The notes under the pieces are model-generated. The model did not search any database and was not told where the DNA came from. It was given only the letters and a program-made list of their open reading frames with translations. From Bigelowiella natans CCMP2755 (lineage: Eukaryota; Protista; Cercozoa), in contig ADNK01000773.1 of NCBI GenBank assembly GCA_000320545.1, forward strand, positions 41,369 to 105,368: a stretch of DNA of 64,000 nucleotides, written 5' to 3'. This document shows positions 25,301 through 37,884 of the stretch, in pieces. The position numbers and the translations under genes are program-made. Numbering within the stretch: position 1 is the stretch's first letter; every line of letters starts with the position of its first letter.

Positions 25301-28300
25301 TTGCACCTTTCACGCATTTTCAATTGGAGGGTAAATTCAGCCTTGTCCCTCTGGATCACCACGCGCGTTGACGGGTACCATGTTATCTTGATGTGGACCC
25401 TTGCCATCCATCTGTTTATATGCCTCATAGAATCAAGCCGCAGCCATTTTTGAATCTCCACGGGGCTGCTATGATCTTTCTGCTCTGATATTTTCTTCCG
25501 TAGCCTTTTCAGGTCAAGGATGACTCCGCCAAGGAAATCGGCAGGGGCCACCATGTTTTTGTTGAACAGGGCAATTTTCATGGGGGAGTGTAGAGGTCCC
25601 TCCTCGTCAAGGCGCATCTTCCTTTCGCTTGGAGTTACATCGAAATCGAACGTTTGATCAAACCACGGGTTCAGGTTGTGTCGAAGGACTTTCGTCTTGC
25701 GAGTCTCTCCGTTGAACTTGACTTGAGCGTACACATCGGACTTTCCATGCCATTTGACTCCCTCGACAGAGCTTGCCTCAATAATCGTAATTCTGAGCCA
25801 CTCACTGCTTCGACTAGCGGATTTGCTGTCTCTATCAGCATCAGCATTCTCTTCCTTCAAGCTTGTTCTCAAGGCTCCAATCTTTCTTTTCAAGCGTTTT
25901 CTTTCCTGGTTCACCAGCCCCTCCCTGCGGGACAAAACCTCACTGGAATTGATCTTTTGGAGCAATCGGAGCTGTTTCTCCTGCTTTCTCTGCTCCTCGG
26001 GAGAAGAGCGGGGGTCGTGCACGACGTCTGGGTTTGGAAGATCGGAGAGAACCAGCACCTTCGTCGGCCCCTCAGCGACGAGATAGACGTACAGTATCCT
26101 GTTTGGGTTAGTGAGGACTATTCGGTCTAAGTGACCAGACTCGTTGAGGTCGTACACACGCTCCCCTTTGTAATCTCCTCTCACCTCCAGTGCCAGTGCA
26201 AGCTCATTTTTTATTCCTAGAGGCTGGTCCCAAGAGTAGGTAGAAAGGGTGTAGGGGTCAACAACTGTCCACTTGTTAACGCTTTTCTGGCAGTAGCGCA
26301 ACCGATCGAATGCGGTGCGATTCACTATGCGAAATGGGGGGCAATCAGGATGCTCTCTATCGATGACGACAAATAGAGTTCCATCTGACGCTTCCTCGGA
26401 CGCCCGCACCTCAACTCTCACAAGAAAAGCTTGCGATGAATCCTTCCCTCGCACAATTAGGCCAAAATCCCCCGGTTCGGAGATTTTAAAGCTCCCCGAC
26501 CACTCCCAAGCAGAAGGCTGTTCTTGCTTCTTCCCGGTTGAGGAGGAGGAGGAGTAGGGAGTATCATCATCTTCCCTGTCCTCTGCGAGCACCCTGAACG
26601 TGATTAACTCCTTCTGAGTGCCATGGATAAGGTGGAACGGTGCACGCCCTCCTGCTGGCACTATCAGTGACCCAGGGTACCTATGCTGCCTCAACTCCAG
26701 CCGAAGGTTGAGGTTGTTGACAATCACGTGCCGCGAGCACAAGGTAATCATCCGCGTCCGCACGAACTTGCCCGTACCAGCCGCCGAGACAAGGCCGATA
26801 TCGAATCGTGCATTTGCCCAGTAAAGATCAGGATTCTTCCCGTCTGTTGCAGATGCGTAACATGAGACGACTTGCGTTTCTGCACTGTCCAATGACATAT
26901 AATCTGACCAATGCGACCGAATGGGTCGCTGTGTCTTCATACTCACACGTGTGCTTCCCTTTGTAGAACTCACACTTAGCATTTCCGCGCGTCTGCACGC
27001 CTTGGCATCGATCGACCTGACCTTACGAATACTACTCTTCTTGGAGTTCCTTGTTGTTTTTGCATCAATAACCGATTTCCCATCCGCTGCTGCTGCATGT
27101 GACGACGACGACGACCACTGAGCAAACATCTGATCATTTTGATCATCATCCTCGTTTTGGCTGGAGGGAGCCTCAATTCTCTTCGCACCAAGGGTGTATT
27201 TATCCAAGCTTAGTTGCAAAGAAAGGCCGGTTGCGTCGAAAATCCAATACGGCACATAAATCGCTACTCTTCTGCTATGACTCAGACCGAGAGCCCAGGC
27301 CGAAACCATATCACAGTGAATGTACATTTGGGTTTCAGATCTCGACGGCATTATGGGTATTGACTTCGTTTCCTCTCCGTTCTGATTGTCAGGCTTTGAT
27401 GAGATTTCCAGTTTTTCTGACCACGACTGAGCGTAGCCATCCACCTTGAGTTGCATGTAGCATCTCCGCGTGGCTGGAAAGCTGAACATCTCGAACGAAC
27501 CAGCCCTTGCTATCCTGACCGTAACGATGTTGTTTCCCATCCTACCACCGTGCAGAGCTGACGAGACAGCTGCTGTTTTTGGCAGTAGCGGGGTGCTCAT
27601 GATATCGTTTTCTATCTCCGGGATAGACCGTGTAGCTCCTCCTCCTCCTCCTCCTCCTCCTCCAATGGTTCTACTTCCAGATACCATGACTGTTGCCGAG
27701 CAAGTCAGCACATTCTCGAGAACAAATGGCGGGCGGATGGTGAGGTTCACAACCGAACTCGATTTGTATTTAGAAGCAAACACGCAGAGGTAAAACGCCC
27801 TTCCGCTGGTGGAGGTGCACCTAACCGTAATGTGAGGCGAGTACAGTAGGCCTTCAGCGGCTTCATCTGGATTCTTCGAAGGCTCCATCTTATCCACAAG
27901 AGATTGAACTGTTAGTGCTTCAGAGAAACTGTACTGGTCGTCTTCCCTCCTTTCTTTGGACTCATCCACCACCACATCGCAGCGCTTCTGCTGCTGAGGG
28001 ATAGAGATGGGCTTAAATTGAAGCCCTCGAGTGGCAACAGAGACTGGAACCCACCTCTTCTTTCCTGGATCGATGCAAATACTTCCACACTGCAGCTCCA
28101 CGACCGTATCATTGGAAATCGACACTGTAGAGTGGGTAGCTAAGATCTTGATACCCCCGACAACTCGGTTCTCAAATACGATGGTATGTCCTAGATCAAA
28201 AACTACGCTTTTCTTCTGCTTCCTCTTCTGCTTCTTCTCCTCCTCCTCTTGCTGCTGCTGCTGCTGCTTTAGTTTGATGTCATCGTCATCATCCATCCTT

Positions 28301-31300
28301 TCTTTACTTCGCCCAGTAGGCTGCAGCTTGTACTCAACCTTACCAACGGTGTTCATGTCGTAAGGGGGTAATGGCTGAAATCCATCAAAAGTAACTATAA
28401 CATGGTGATTTTTAGTTTCCTCCCCAAACAACAATGGAGCTTCGTTACTCGATGCTAGGTCGCCAGATTTCGCCTCTCCCTCTGGCAAAGAGTATCTGAG
28501 CTTCATCTCTGTCAGGTTCTCCAACATAAAGGGGGAATACTTCTGCATTTTCCCCTCTGTTGTCTTTACCTTTTGGTCCTTCTCAACCTTGTTAATAAGC
28601 GCACGAGTGCTTCTCAGAGCGTCTACCATCGCCCTGGTGAGGTTGACGTACAAAGGTTTATCAGCTCGGACTTGTGCACTCATACCATGGCCTGCCACCA
28701 TCCACACGTCCGTCTGCAAGCTCCAAGGCTCGATCATAGGCTCCCATGCCTCAATCTCTTGGTTGTAATAATTGGCACGGAAGCCCAAGCTTGTGCTGAT
28801 ACGTTGCTGGTGTGCAAAGCCGCTCACAACCGTCTTGAAGTGCGATAGGTCGAAGCATGCAAATTGCATATCAATTCCTGTAACGTTGTTTACGAATGTG
28901 ATACGGATTCCTTCAAATATTGCCATAATTTCTTGCTCTCCATATGATTGTGCCTCATCCATAGACTCGATAGAGCCAACGAATGTCTTTGCGTTTAGCT
29001 TTCTCGGATCTACGAGATATCCTCCTTGCCGTCTCCACACTTTTTGCATAAATTCAAGGCCTTTTCCCTTCACTTTCGTTAGTTTAATCTGATCAGCAAT
29101 ACCTGTAGTGTCAGTTATTGTCGCCTTTGCGTCATCCTCTCCGCTCTTGGAATCCTTCCCGTCATCGTCATCACTTTCTGAGGAGGAAAGCACCTCCAAA
29201 CTCTTCATCACCAACTTGTAATCTTGATACGTTAAACGAAGATTCACCAACCCCCCATACAACTTCGCTGTCATCAGAGCGTCGTTCTTGAGAAAGAAAG
29301 ACTTGCCTTGCGAAACATTCAGACTCATGTTAAATGGGTCCATGATATAGTGGCCTGTCTGTAAACTCTTCAATTGATCCGAGATGCTCTGATTTTTGTT
29401 CAAAACCGTGTTGAACATTGTCACGTCTTTCAGCATTCCGCGCACGTTCATTTTCCCATCAACGTTTTTATCCAAGCCGAGATGAATGTTCCACGCAAGA
29501 CCAAGCGTTCTTGATATGTCAGCAAGGGGATCTTCAACGAGCTTTACAATGAGATCATTGAACATAACTGTTACTTTCATGGTGCTAGAAGCTTGCTCCT
29601 GTTTCCCCGCATCATCGTTATTTTGAGAATCAGTTGTACCGCCGTTTTTATTATTATTATCATCCTTGATACCATCCCCATCACTAGCACTGTCGCTGTA
29701 GTCGTCTGCGGAGCTTGTTCTCGAGTATTCGGATTGTCTCTCAGGATCCCCTGTTGTCATAACCACAGGTTCCTCAGCTAAATTTTTCGATGAAAGCTGC
29801 ATCAGAAATTTGAGTTGGATGCGCGAAGCAATGACGCTAATAGTAGCGACTTGCATCAGTACGAAGAGATCCGGGTGCAAGACAGGATCTAGCTTGTTCT
29901 GAGGTATGTTTTGAATCGCAATGATCCGTGCGGCAATTGGCGTGGTTCCTCCCTTAATCTCTGGCTCCTGAATTTGGAATAGGGGCAGAGGTTTGTCTCT
30001 GGTAATGCCCTCAGTCATATTATCAAAGACAGACACAGCTTGGAGCTTGTTAAGCACGATATCCCACTTTGTGTAGACGATTGGCTTCAAATCCTTACAG
30101 TCAAAAAATTCGTCGCTTCCTCCTTGCGAGGCCGAGGTGGCAGAGAACCCTCCGCTCTCGACAGAAAGCATATTATGGAAAGTAGGAGGTTTGTCCAAGT
30201 TAACACCACCACCACCACCCTCTTGGTGTGAGATATCAGGAATCGGGATGTTCTTTCCTTCGTGGGTAGCAGCAGCCTGATTATTGCCTGTTGTTGCTGT
30301 TTCCGGCTGCGGAATACCAGATTCCTCGACGAGGGAGTTACAAATACCAATGTGCTCTAGAGTCATCACCATCATATTGCTGCTTTTCGAGCCTTGCGGA
30401 ACCACCATCTCAATTTTGTGCAGCTGAAGATCTACTTTGTAGAAGTCAAACACACTCTCTGCTTCTGAATTAATAGTGGGGGCTTTTTGTTCAACCCCCT
30501 TCTCTTTCTTCCACTCCTTTATGCGATGTACAACCTTTCGGTCTGTTGCGGTCAGCTTCTGACGATCAATGGTTCCTGGCGGGTAAGTGGAACGCTTTCT
30601 ATCAATTCCTACTACAGTTGCAGCTACCATATCATCGTTTTTCACATCATCGGTGACTCTCCTCGAGACGGTAGAACTTCCCGTTGCTGCGAATCTCTTT
30701 GCTTTAGAACGAGCCCTTGATCTGCTTTGAACGTGTTGCGACGAGCTTCTGTGTAAAAAGATATCCTCTTCCTCTTCAGGCTCAGGAGGCTTCATTTTCG
30801 CCATCTCGGCAAGGATTGCATTTGGATACCCCATCATCTCTTGAACAAACCGATTCAAGAATGTCAACTTTATTCCCGATATTGCTCCCTGAAGAGTCAC
30901 TTTCGGAGTTTGATCTATGCTTAGATATGTTGAGTGAAGGTCTGTCTGCTCCCATGATTTATACAAGGTTTTGTTACGCATATGCACATTCAAATCGATC
31001 AGCTTCTTGCCTTTCGTGCACTCGATCATGTATGGATACATCGGGGCTACTCCAGTCAAATCTCGCATCCAAATGCCATCCAGGGATAAGTGTGCTCTTT
31101 TATGCTCGACGGAATCACTGAATGAAGCAGAGAACCCATCAATCAACGCTCTCCCTAGAACCTTCCCACGGGTACAAAGAATCACTTGAAGAGACTCGAA
31201 CGATGTCTCGACTTTGGTGAGAAAAATTTCTTCTTTCAGTTGGGATTTCGTCGTTTTCTTGTGCTCGTCCTGATACTTCGATAGAGCTTGATTCAGATAG

Positions 31301-32781
31301 TCTGTTTTATCGCCCTCTGGTATCTGCTGCTGCTCTCCCTGTACAGTGCCAGCAGCAGGCATCAGCTCTTCAATATCGTCGTCGTCTTCCGCATCGATGT
31401 CCGAAGGCGAAGGGGGCATCAATTGATATTGGAAAAAATACGCCATTTTAGGTATGGTCTCGTGGTTCGTTGAGAAGACGAGTGTGCCCACTTTCAACTT
31501 CATTGTCGAATTGACGTTGTTGTAGACGTCAACTGCTTCAGGTGAAACCATATTAACTCTAATAGAGATGAAATTGTCTGAATCGTCACCGCTGTTGCCG
31601 CCCATTTTCTTGATTTCCATCCTCGAGCCTACCCTTTGTATCCTGGTAACGTGCTCTCGAATTGCAAGAGAATCAGCGTTAGTGGAGACCATATATCTAA
31701 ACGTCTCCCCGTGGCTTTGCAAACAGTCTTCCACTGCTATGCTTTTCACGGAGAGACTAGCTTCCATATCGTATTCTCTTTGGCGGAAGTGCATCGCTAT
31801 TTTCCCAACTTTCATTCCAATGATATCCACAGGTTCGTTAGGATTGAGATCATTTGTTATCTTCATACTCACGGATTCGATCTGCAAGTTGAAATTGTAT
31901 TTAGTGTTCCTGTAGTCGGGTTTCTTGGCTTCCTCAATTTTTTTCAACTTTTCCTCCTCCTCCTCTTGCTTTTTCTTCTCCGTATTTGTAGTATCATCTT
32001 CGGTAGATCCTTGCTGCCCATTCTGGGCCTCCTTGCTGTCGCCTGCAACGCCAGGAGCAGCACCAGCTGTCGCTGCTGCCTTCTTTTCCAAACTGTACTT
32101 AGAATCATCTAAGCTTGCCTCGCTCTCTGGAGAAGCAGCAGACAGAGCTTCCGAGATTTTCAGTAGTCTCCGAACGCGTAAAGAAGATACAGCCAGGTGT
32201 AACCTTGTGATTGACCCCTTAGCGTTGATGGAAGGCAAGGAAAGCAAAGCTGTGGAGATTGCATTATCAAGAGCCAGGGGAATGCTAAACGGCTCTACAA
32301 TCACCATCCTATATATTGAATCAAGACATACGAACATCATTACCTCGTCAACATTAGCCACTTACACTCATCTCTATGATCTTTTTGCAATAATATGTCC
32401 AATAACATAACATCATCATTGTGGTTGTGCATGTTTTTGTTCTTCCTTTGCCCTTATTCGTCATCCATCATAAAATGTACACCACCTTTGCTTTGCATCC
32501 ACGGAACGCCACTTCGCTCCTTGTTCACTTAGGAAAAGACTAAGATCCTGCGTAAGCAACAATTGTAAACTCTACAAAATAGATATATAGAGGAGTGCAA
32601 AGTACCTTTAGCTCGAGCACAAAAGAATCATAGAGCGACTCTTGATAGCTGAAGGAGCACATTGTATAAAATATTAGCATCAGCATCATTTCAGCAAGTA
32701 CTCGCAACGAGTTCAGGTTAGATTTGTGTTACGGTTCCCCCTTCCCTCCACACAGGTACACACACACACACACACACTATT

Positions 32782-32820
<39 letters not shown>

Positions 32821-35800
32821 TTATAATCCACATAGGTTTGAATGCGTGTGTGCATGTTTGTGTACAGTAGGCACAGTATATGATAGAACACTCGAGCTGA
32901 AGAAACAACCTTTCTGTAAGCTCTTTTTGACTGTTGGCAGTTTCTATCAGCTGTTTAATCTCTTTTGTTGTCTAAAATATGCGATAGATGAAGACATATT
33001 TTATTTATATATTTAAAATATTTGTTCGATGATGATTAGACACAGATCTTTCAAGGCAATTAGAATCAAAATAATGTTCAACAAGATGTGATTTGTACTA
33101 AGATTTAATGCGGTAGATCCGATGTAAACATTCAATATCTCTTTCTCGGCAAAGAAAAGATATTCTGTCGGATCTTACTTTGTGAGTTGAATCCAAACTC
33201 TTATTCCCAATATAAATAAATAAACAAATAGAAAATTCCAATGCCAAGGACGTCCAGCAAAGAACAAAAAGAAGTAATGAAGGATTTGCGACTGTCGCCA
33301 TGCTACGACGATTACACAGAAGGCAATAAGACCTTGAGTCTTTGAGCCAGCCGTGATTTGAGCATAAGAGTACCCAGATCAAGAACAAGCACGTTCGACG
33401 TTTCGCTTGTGGGGTCTTCTGGAATAACGATGCAGGGCGCTTTGATCACCTGTTTGTTTGATGTGAAACAATTAGTCGATGATTTTGTAGGAACATTTAG
33501 TGGCCAGCATGCTCGACATCACCATCATTATCATTATCTCAGAAGTATGTACCACATCAATTAATGTCCTCCTCCTGTTCTCAATCGCTTGCATCAGTCT
33601 TTGGCTTGCGTCCTACGAGAATTAGATACATCTAGGAGTCAGCCTTAAATGTGAGTTTCTATATAGCTATACTCATCATATGGAAACTGAAGAGTCAACG
33701 AACAATTGTTATCATCATTATTACTATTATTATTTTTAATCCTTACAAAGATCAACGGCATAAAGGTGTGCCTGTACCTGCTGAATCTCAGCTAGCTTTT
33801 CCATCGCCTTGATATACAACAACACATTATATATGCATATCAACCAAATACTCATACAAGCAAAGAGCTACTTCTAGCATAAAAATAAGCTATCATCCGG
33901 CTGCTAAGCCATTGCTAGGCTGCAAGGATGACCACGAGTGTTATCATTCAGGCACTGGTAATACCTGGTCTTTAAGTTGTGACAGATTCACAGGTTCCGG
34001 GGGGGTGAAGAAATTTGATATCTCATCGATCAAATTCATGAGAACCACTACGTCAATGGAATCCAGCCGCACCTAGTATCGCCAGTACACATATGCACAT
34101 CAAGCCATGTGTTTCGTTTTCATCGTCTCCTCGCATTGATGATTCGTGGTTGTGCTACCTTCGCAACACTATCGAGATCATTCGGATTGTCAGGAGGATT
34201 GGTTTCATATTGAATGTCCACCAGCTGTGTCTGGGTAGTAGGATAATGCAAGGTTTGATTCCTCATTTATTTCACCAATGATGACATCATCTATGCTGCT
34301 GCAGCTTCGAACATATCAGTTGCCTACTGGTGGCAAGTTATGTGACCTTTTCATCGGACCCTGTATTTCTCAGAAAATAACGGTGTTGACTGTTTGGTGT
34401 GACATGGTCCTGAGCGTTGAGTTCTTTCACGCTAACAGCTGCCTGCATCGATTGTGGCCTTGAAGATAGAAATCGAGGTTGTATTTATCAATGCTAAAAA
34501 ATACTAGAAAAGAATCGAGAAGCGCCACGTACCTTGCTTGATAAGAAAGTCGCATATCATTAATCTCAAATACGATGATCTCGTGTTTATCATCCTGCAA
34601 GAATGAAAGAGTGAATAGTTGCCGCGGACATTGAGAATAATATGCGCGAATATACAGGAAGCATGTGCAAGAGGATAGCTGTTCACCTTCATGGTAAAGA
34701 ATAACTGCTGGAATACTACATTTGCCACCGTGTGTACATACCTGCAAAAAAGGGATGGTGATAAATTAGACATGAAACACACTTCAGTGAATTACAACAT
34801 ATCAGAAGTGTTATCATCCTGTTTTACTTTTTCGGAAGTCGTTCCATTTTATCGAGCAACTCCTGCGCCTTTTTCTCTTCCTCGCCCTTTGTATCCAGTA
34901 CTGCTTTATACTGATCTTTTGAAAGCACTTTCGCAGACCGGGGACCGGATATGAACATCGACGCTATACCTGGTCGTACGACATCAGCGATAATGACGAT
35001 GATGACACCCCGTTTATTATACAGACGTTGCAGCTGGAATTTCAGCTTCATTAATCGCAAGATATTCATTAACTAAAAAAATCTTATCATGCCTGCATGT
35101 ATTACCCCCCGTTATGCCGCCTCTACCATCCCGAATTCTGCTAGTGCGCTGAGGAGAATCGGTCTCTAATTCCAGCTTCGAAACTTCGTATGCATTCAAG
35201 CGGAATTGAACGACGTTGTTGAAGGACCACTTCTTCTCAAACTCCACCATCTTAATCAGCTCCTTTTTCTTGAGTTTGGGGTATTCATAAGAGCCTTTCT
35301 CATCCTCAAACAGCTTCTTGTACAATGAAATGTACTGATTGTATATTACGAGAAGAGCAGTCTTAGGCCTGGCAGAGGGCGAAATGATGATCACAGTACC
35401 TCGTCTCTTTCACTATCCTCCGGTTTCTCATTGTACTCGATCTTCGGCACTTCTGGTGGTTCCTGAGAGACGTCCTGGATAAAAAATGCAAGTTTAAGAA
35501 CAATATTGGTGGTTGACACCTCCACCTCAAAAGGAGTAGTATCCCGCACCTCAAGCATCTTCAGCATATTATAGTACTGGCATTTTGAGAGTGTGAATCT
35601 GGGGATATGGAAAATGGACTCATTATTACGATTGACGACATAGAGACAGTATTCAATGAGGAGTCGTCTTTTACCCAAGAGGTTTGAATATGAGATCGGC
35701 TCGGGTCTTGGCGATACCCTGCGGGGCAAGCCTAAGAAATTGTGAAGGTGTTCACCAAACTATTGCAGATGGCTAATGGCAAAATTTTGATTACTTCTCT

Positions 35801-37307
35801 TCATCTGCCTTCTCTTGTGCCAACCTAAAATCAAACGAGCATAAATAAAGTCAGGGGATTGAACCACACTTGTTCAAAGTTTAACTCGCAGATTTCTTCC
35901 AATTTGACCTCAATTCTGCGCTGATGGGTGGTATTATCCAAGCATATTGCTGAGCATCCTCTGGTTTCTTCCAAGCATCCTAAAAGAAAAGATACAGTTT
36001 CATAAGCATCAAACATCAGATCAAACCACTTTGAAACGTTTCCGCTCCTACTTCAAGCATGGGAAGTGTTGCCATTTCATGCCGATCTCCGAGCTCGTCA
36101 CGAGTGTTTAAGTACCTGAATAATTACTCAGTAAGTATGGCATATGAAGAAAGAAATAGAACGAATTCAATGGTAAACAAGAGTAATGGATTGCTTACAA
36201 TGAGAATTTTGACATCTCCAGTTTTCTGAAAATGCATGTTGGCTCCTTTGGGGGGGTGGTAGGTTTATAGTCCTTGTCTATTTATTGTTTGGCCAGAAGA
36301 CAACAGTCTACTTCAAAAAAATGATTTATTTTTGACTTATTTTCAGTTGAAGTTACCAGTAGTTTCGATGGTGATTTTTTCTAACAACATCCCGAATGCA
36401 TAAGCCTAAAACATTAGAGAGCATGAGTTTTCGCAAATAACTTATGCAGGGAGAAATCTGAACCTCTGACTCGAAGCGCACGTGTAAATTGCGAACATCC
36501 ACAGATATATTATCCTGAATCTTATCAGCCATACCTATATTTTGTACAAATTAGCATTGTAATACTTTTCCTCTGTGTGGAGTTTTTACCGTAAGCTTCC
36601 TGAGCTTCTTTGTTGTCAGGAAAGCTTGCGTTTTGCCAAGTGAGGAGGGAAGCCATCTTCGCCTACAAGAAGTCAAACATATCAATTTAGAATACCAAAC
36701 AGACTAAGCTCGCGATTTTACCGAAATCATATCTTCCACATATTTCTTAGGGTCGAACTTAGTCTCCCCTGTATTCGGGCCCACGACTATGAAGACGTCA
36801 GATACAGATGCCTAAAGCATGATTCAAATAATACTCAAAGTCTTCTTCACTACTTTATCATTCTTCAGTGTCGTCATACCTTAACTGGGCTTCTGACTGG
36901 CGATGAACTCATTAAGGCGGAATAATTTATTGTTGCGACAATCTTACCAACATATCCAATCTAATCATATGAAAAGGGTTATTAACTTGAACTGTATGAT
37001 CCCGCCATTGAAGGTAATTAATACCTTGATCTGAACGGGAAGGTTGAGAAAATCTAAAGCTTTGGGCTTGAATCGCATTTTCTCCACCTGCACCCAAAAT
37101 ATATTCGCATAACCTTCAACGTAAAAATTAAAAAGCGTGTACCGTCACCGTCCCGGAGAATGTATTGATAGAAGGACCTACATACCTGCAATCCAAATAT
37201 CATTTTGGCTTCCTGACGCCACGAATTAATGAATTGCATTCGTACCCTGGCTCGAAGTACTCTTTTAGATATGGGCCGGCGAGCTTCTGGGCAATGAAGG
37301 ACGCCAT
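22341..37307 (-). CDS. VPS13: Vacuolar protein sorting 13 family bridge-like lipid transfer protein
   Basis: N-terminus MASFIAQKLAGPYLKEYF at 37307; exon VIKAPCIVIPEDP...LVLDLG; the 3141-aa ORF contains WEPMIEPW, VAB repeats (IYVPYWIFDATGL, PPFRIVNRT), GSLEILGNP..GVFDFFYEPAKG and the Gly-rich ATG2_C-type helices. Last exon ends IFESD-TAG at 22341. Confidence 0.95.
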
Positions 37308-37884
37308 CCTCTATGTGGAAATCTGACCAATTTTCGATCTACCCCGTATGAAAATAGAGCGGAAACTAGGAGAAAGATGAATCACGTGCTGGTAGATGCC
37401 ATTCTCGCGACTCGAACGAGTTTCGTTTTGAAGGGAAATGGTTGTTCCCTACCTCTGCTAACTACTACTACTACTACTACTCTCTACTCCACTCCTCGTA
37501 ATAGATAGACTTGTCTTGATTGCGATTCCGTTCCGGTAGGGAGGTAGGAGAAAGAGGAGATGCCCTCTCTTTTTATTGAGCGACATCGTTTTCACATGTA
37601 ATCGGTAAGTTAATCGGGGTCATTGAGCTGGAGAGCTCTCGAGCAGAATGTTTGGGGCGTGTCGCAAGCGACGTTTGATGGCAAAATTCCGGAAGTAGCC
37701 AGCGCTAAGGCGCTGAAAAAGGAGTTTTAGTGAAATGACCGTGGCTACGTCCCCTCCGTCATCACCAAAAACTTGTCGCTTGCGATAAAAACGACACTCA
37801 TATTCCGCGCCCAACCGAGGCATCAAAACAGCGAATCACTTCCTTCCTACTGCAGCGCTCTATTGTCCGTCTCCCTTGGGTAGC
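37308..37884. promoter_or_regulatory. Putative bidirectional promoter between VPS13 and the DHHC gene
   Basis: Head-to-head starts about 580 bp apart; contains CACGTG (~37383) and two TAATCGG copies (~37599-37618). Function inferred from position only. Confidence 0.45.

Noticed and set aside
23175-32410. Numerous short ORFs antisense to or overlapping the VPS13 giant exon
   Set aside because: Shadow ORFs of a long coding exon with no domain signatures.
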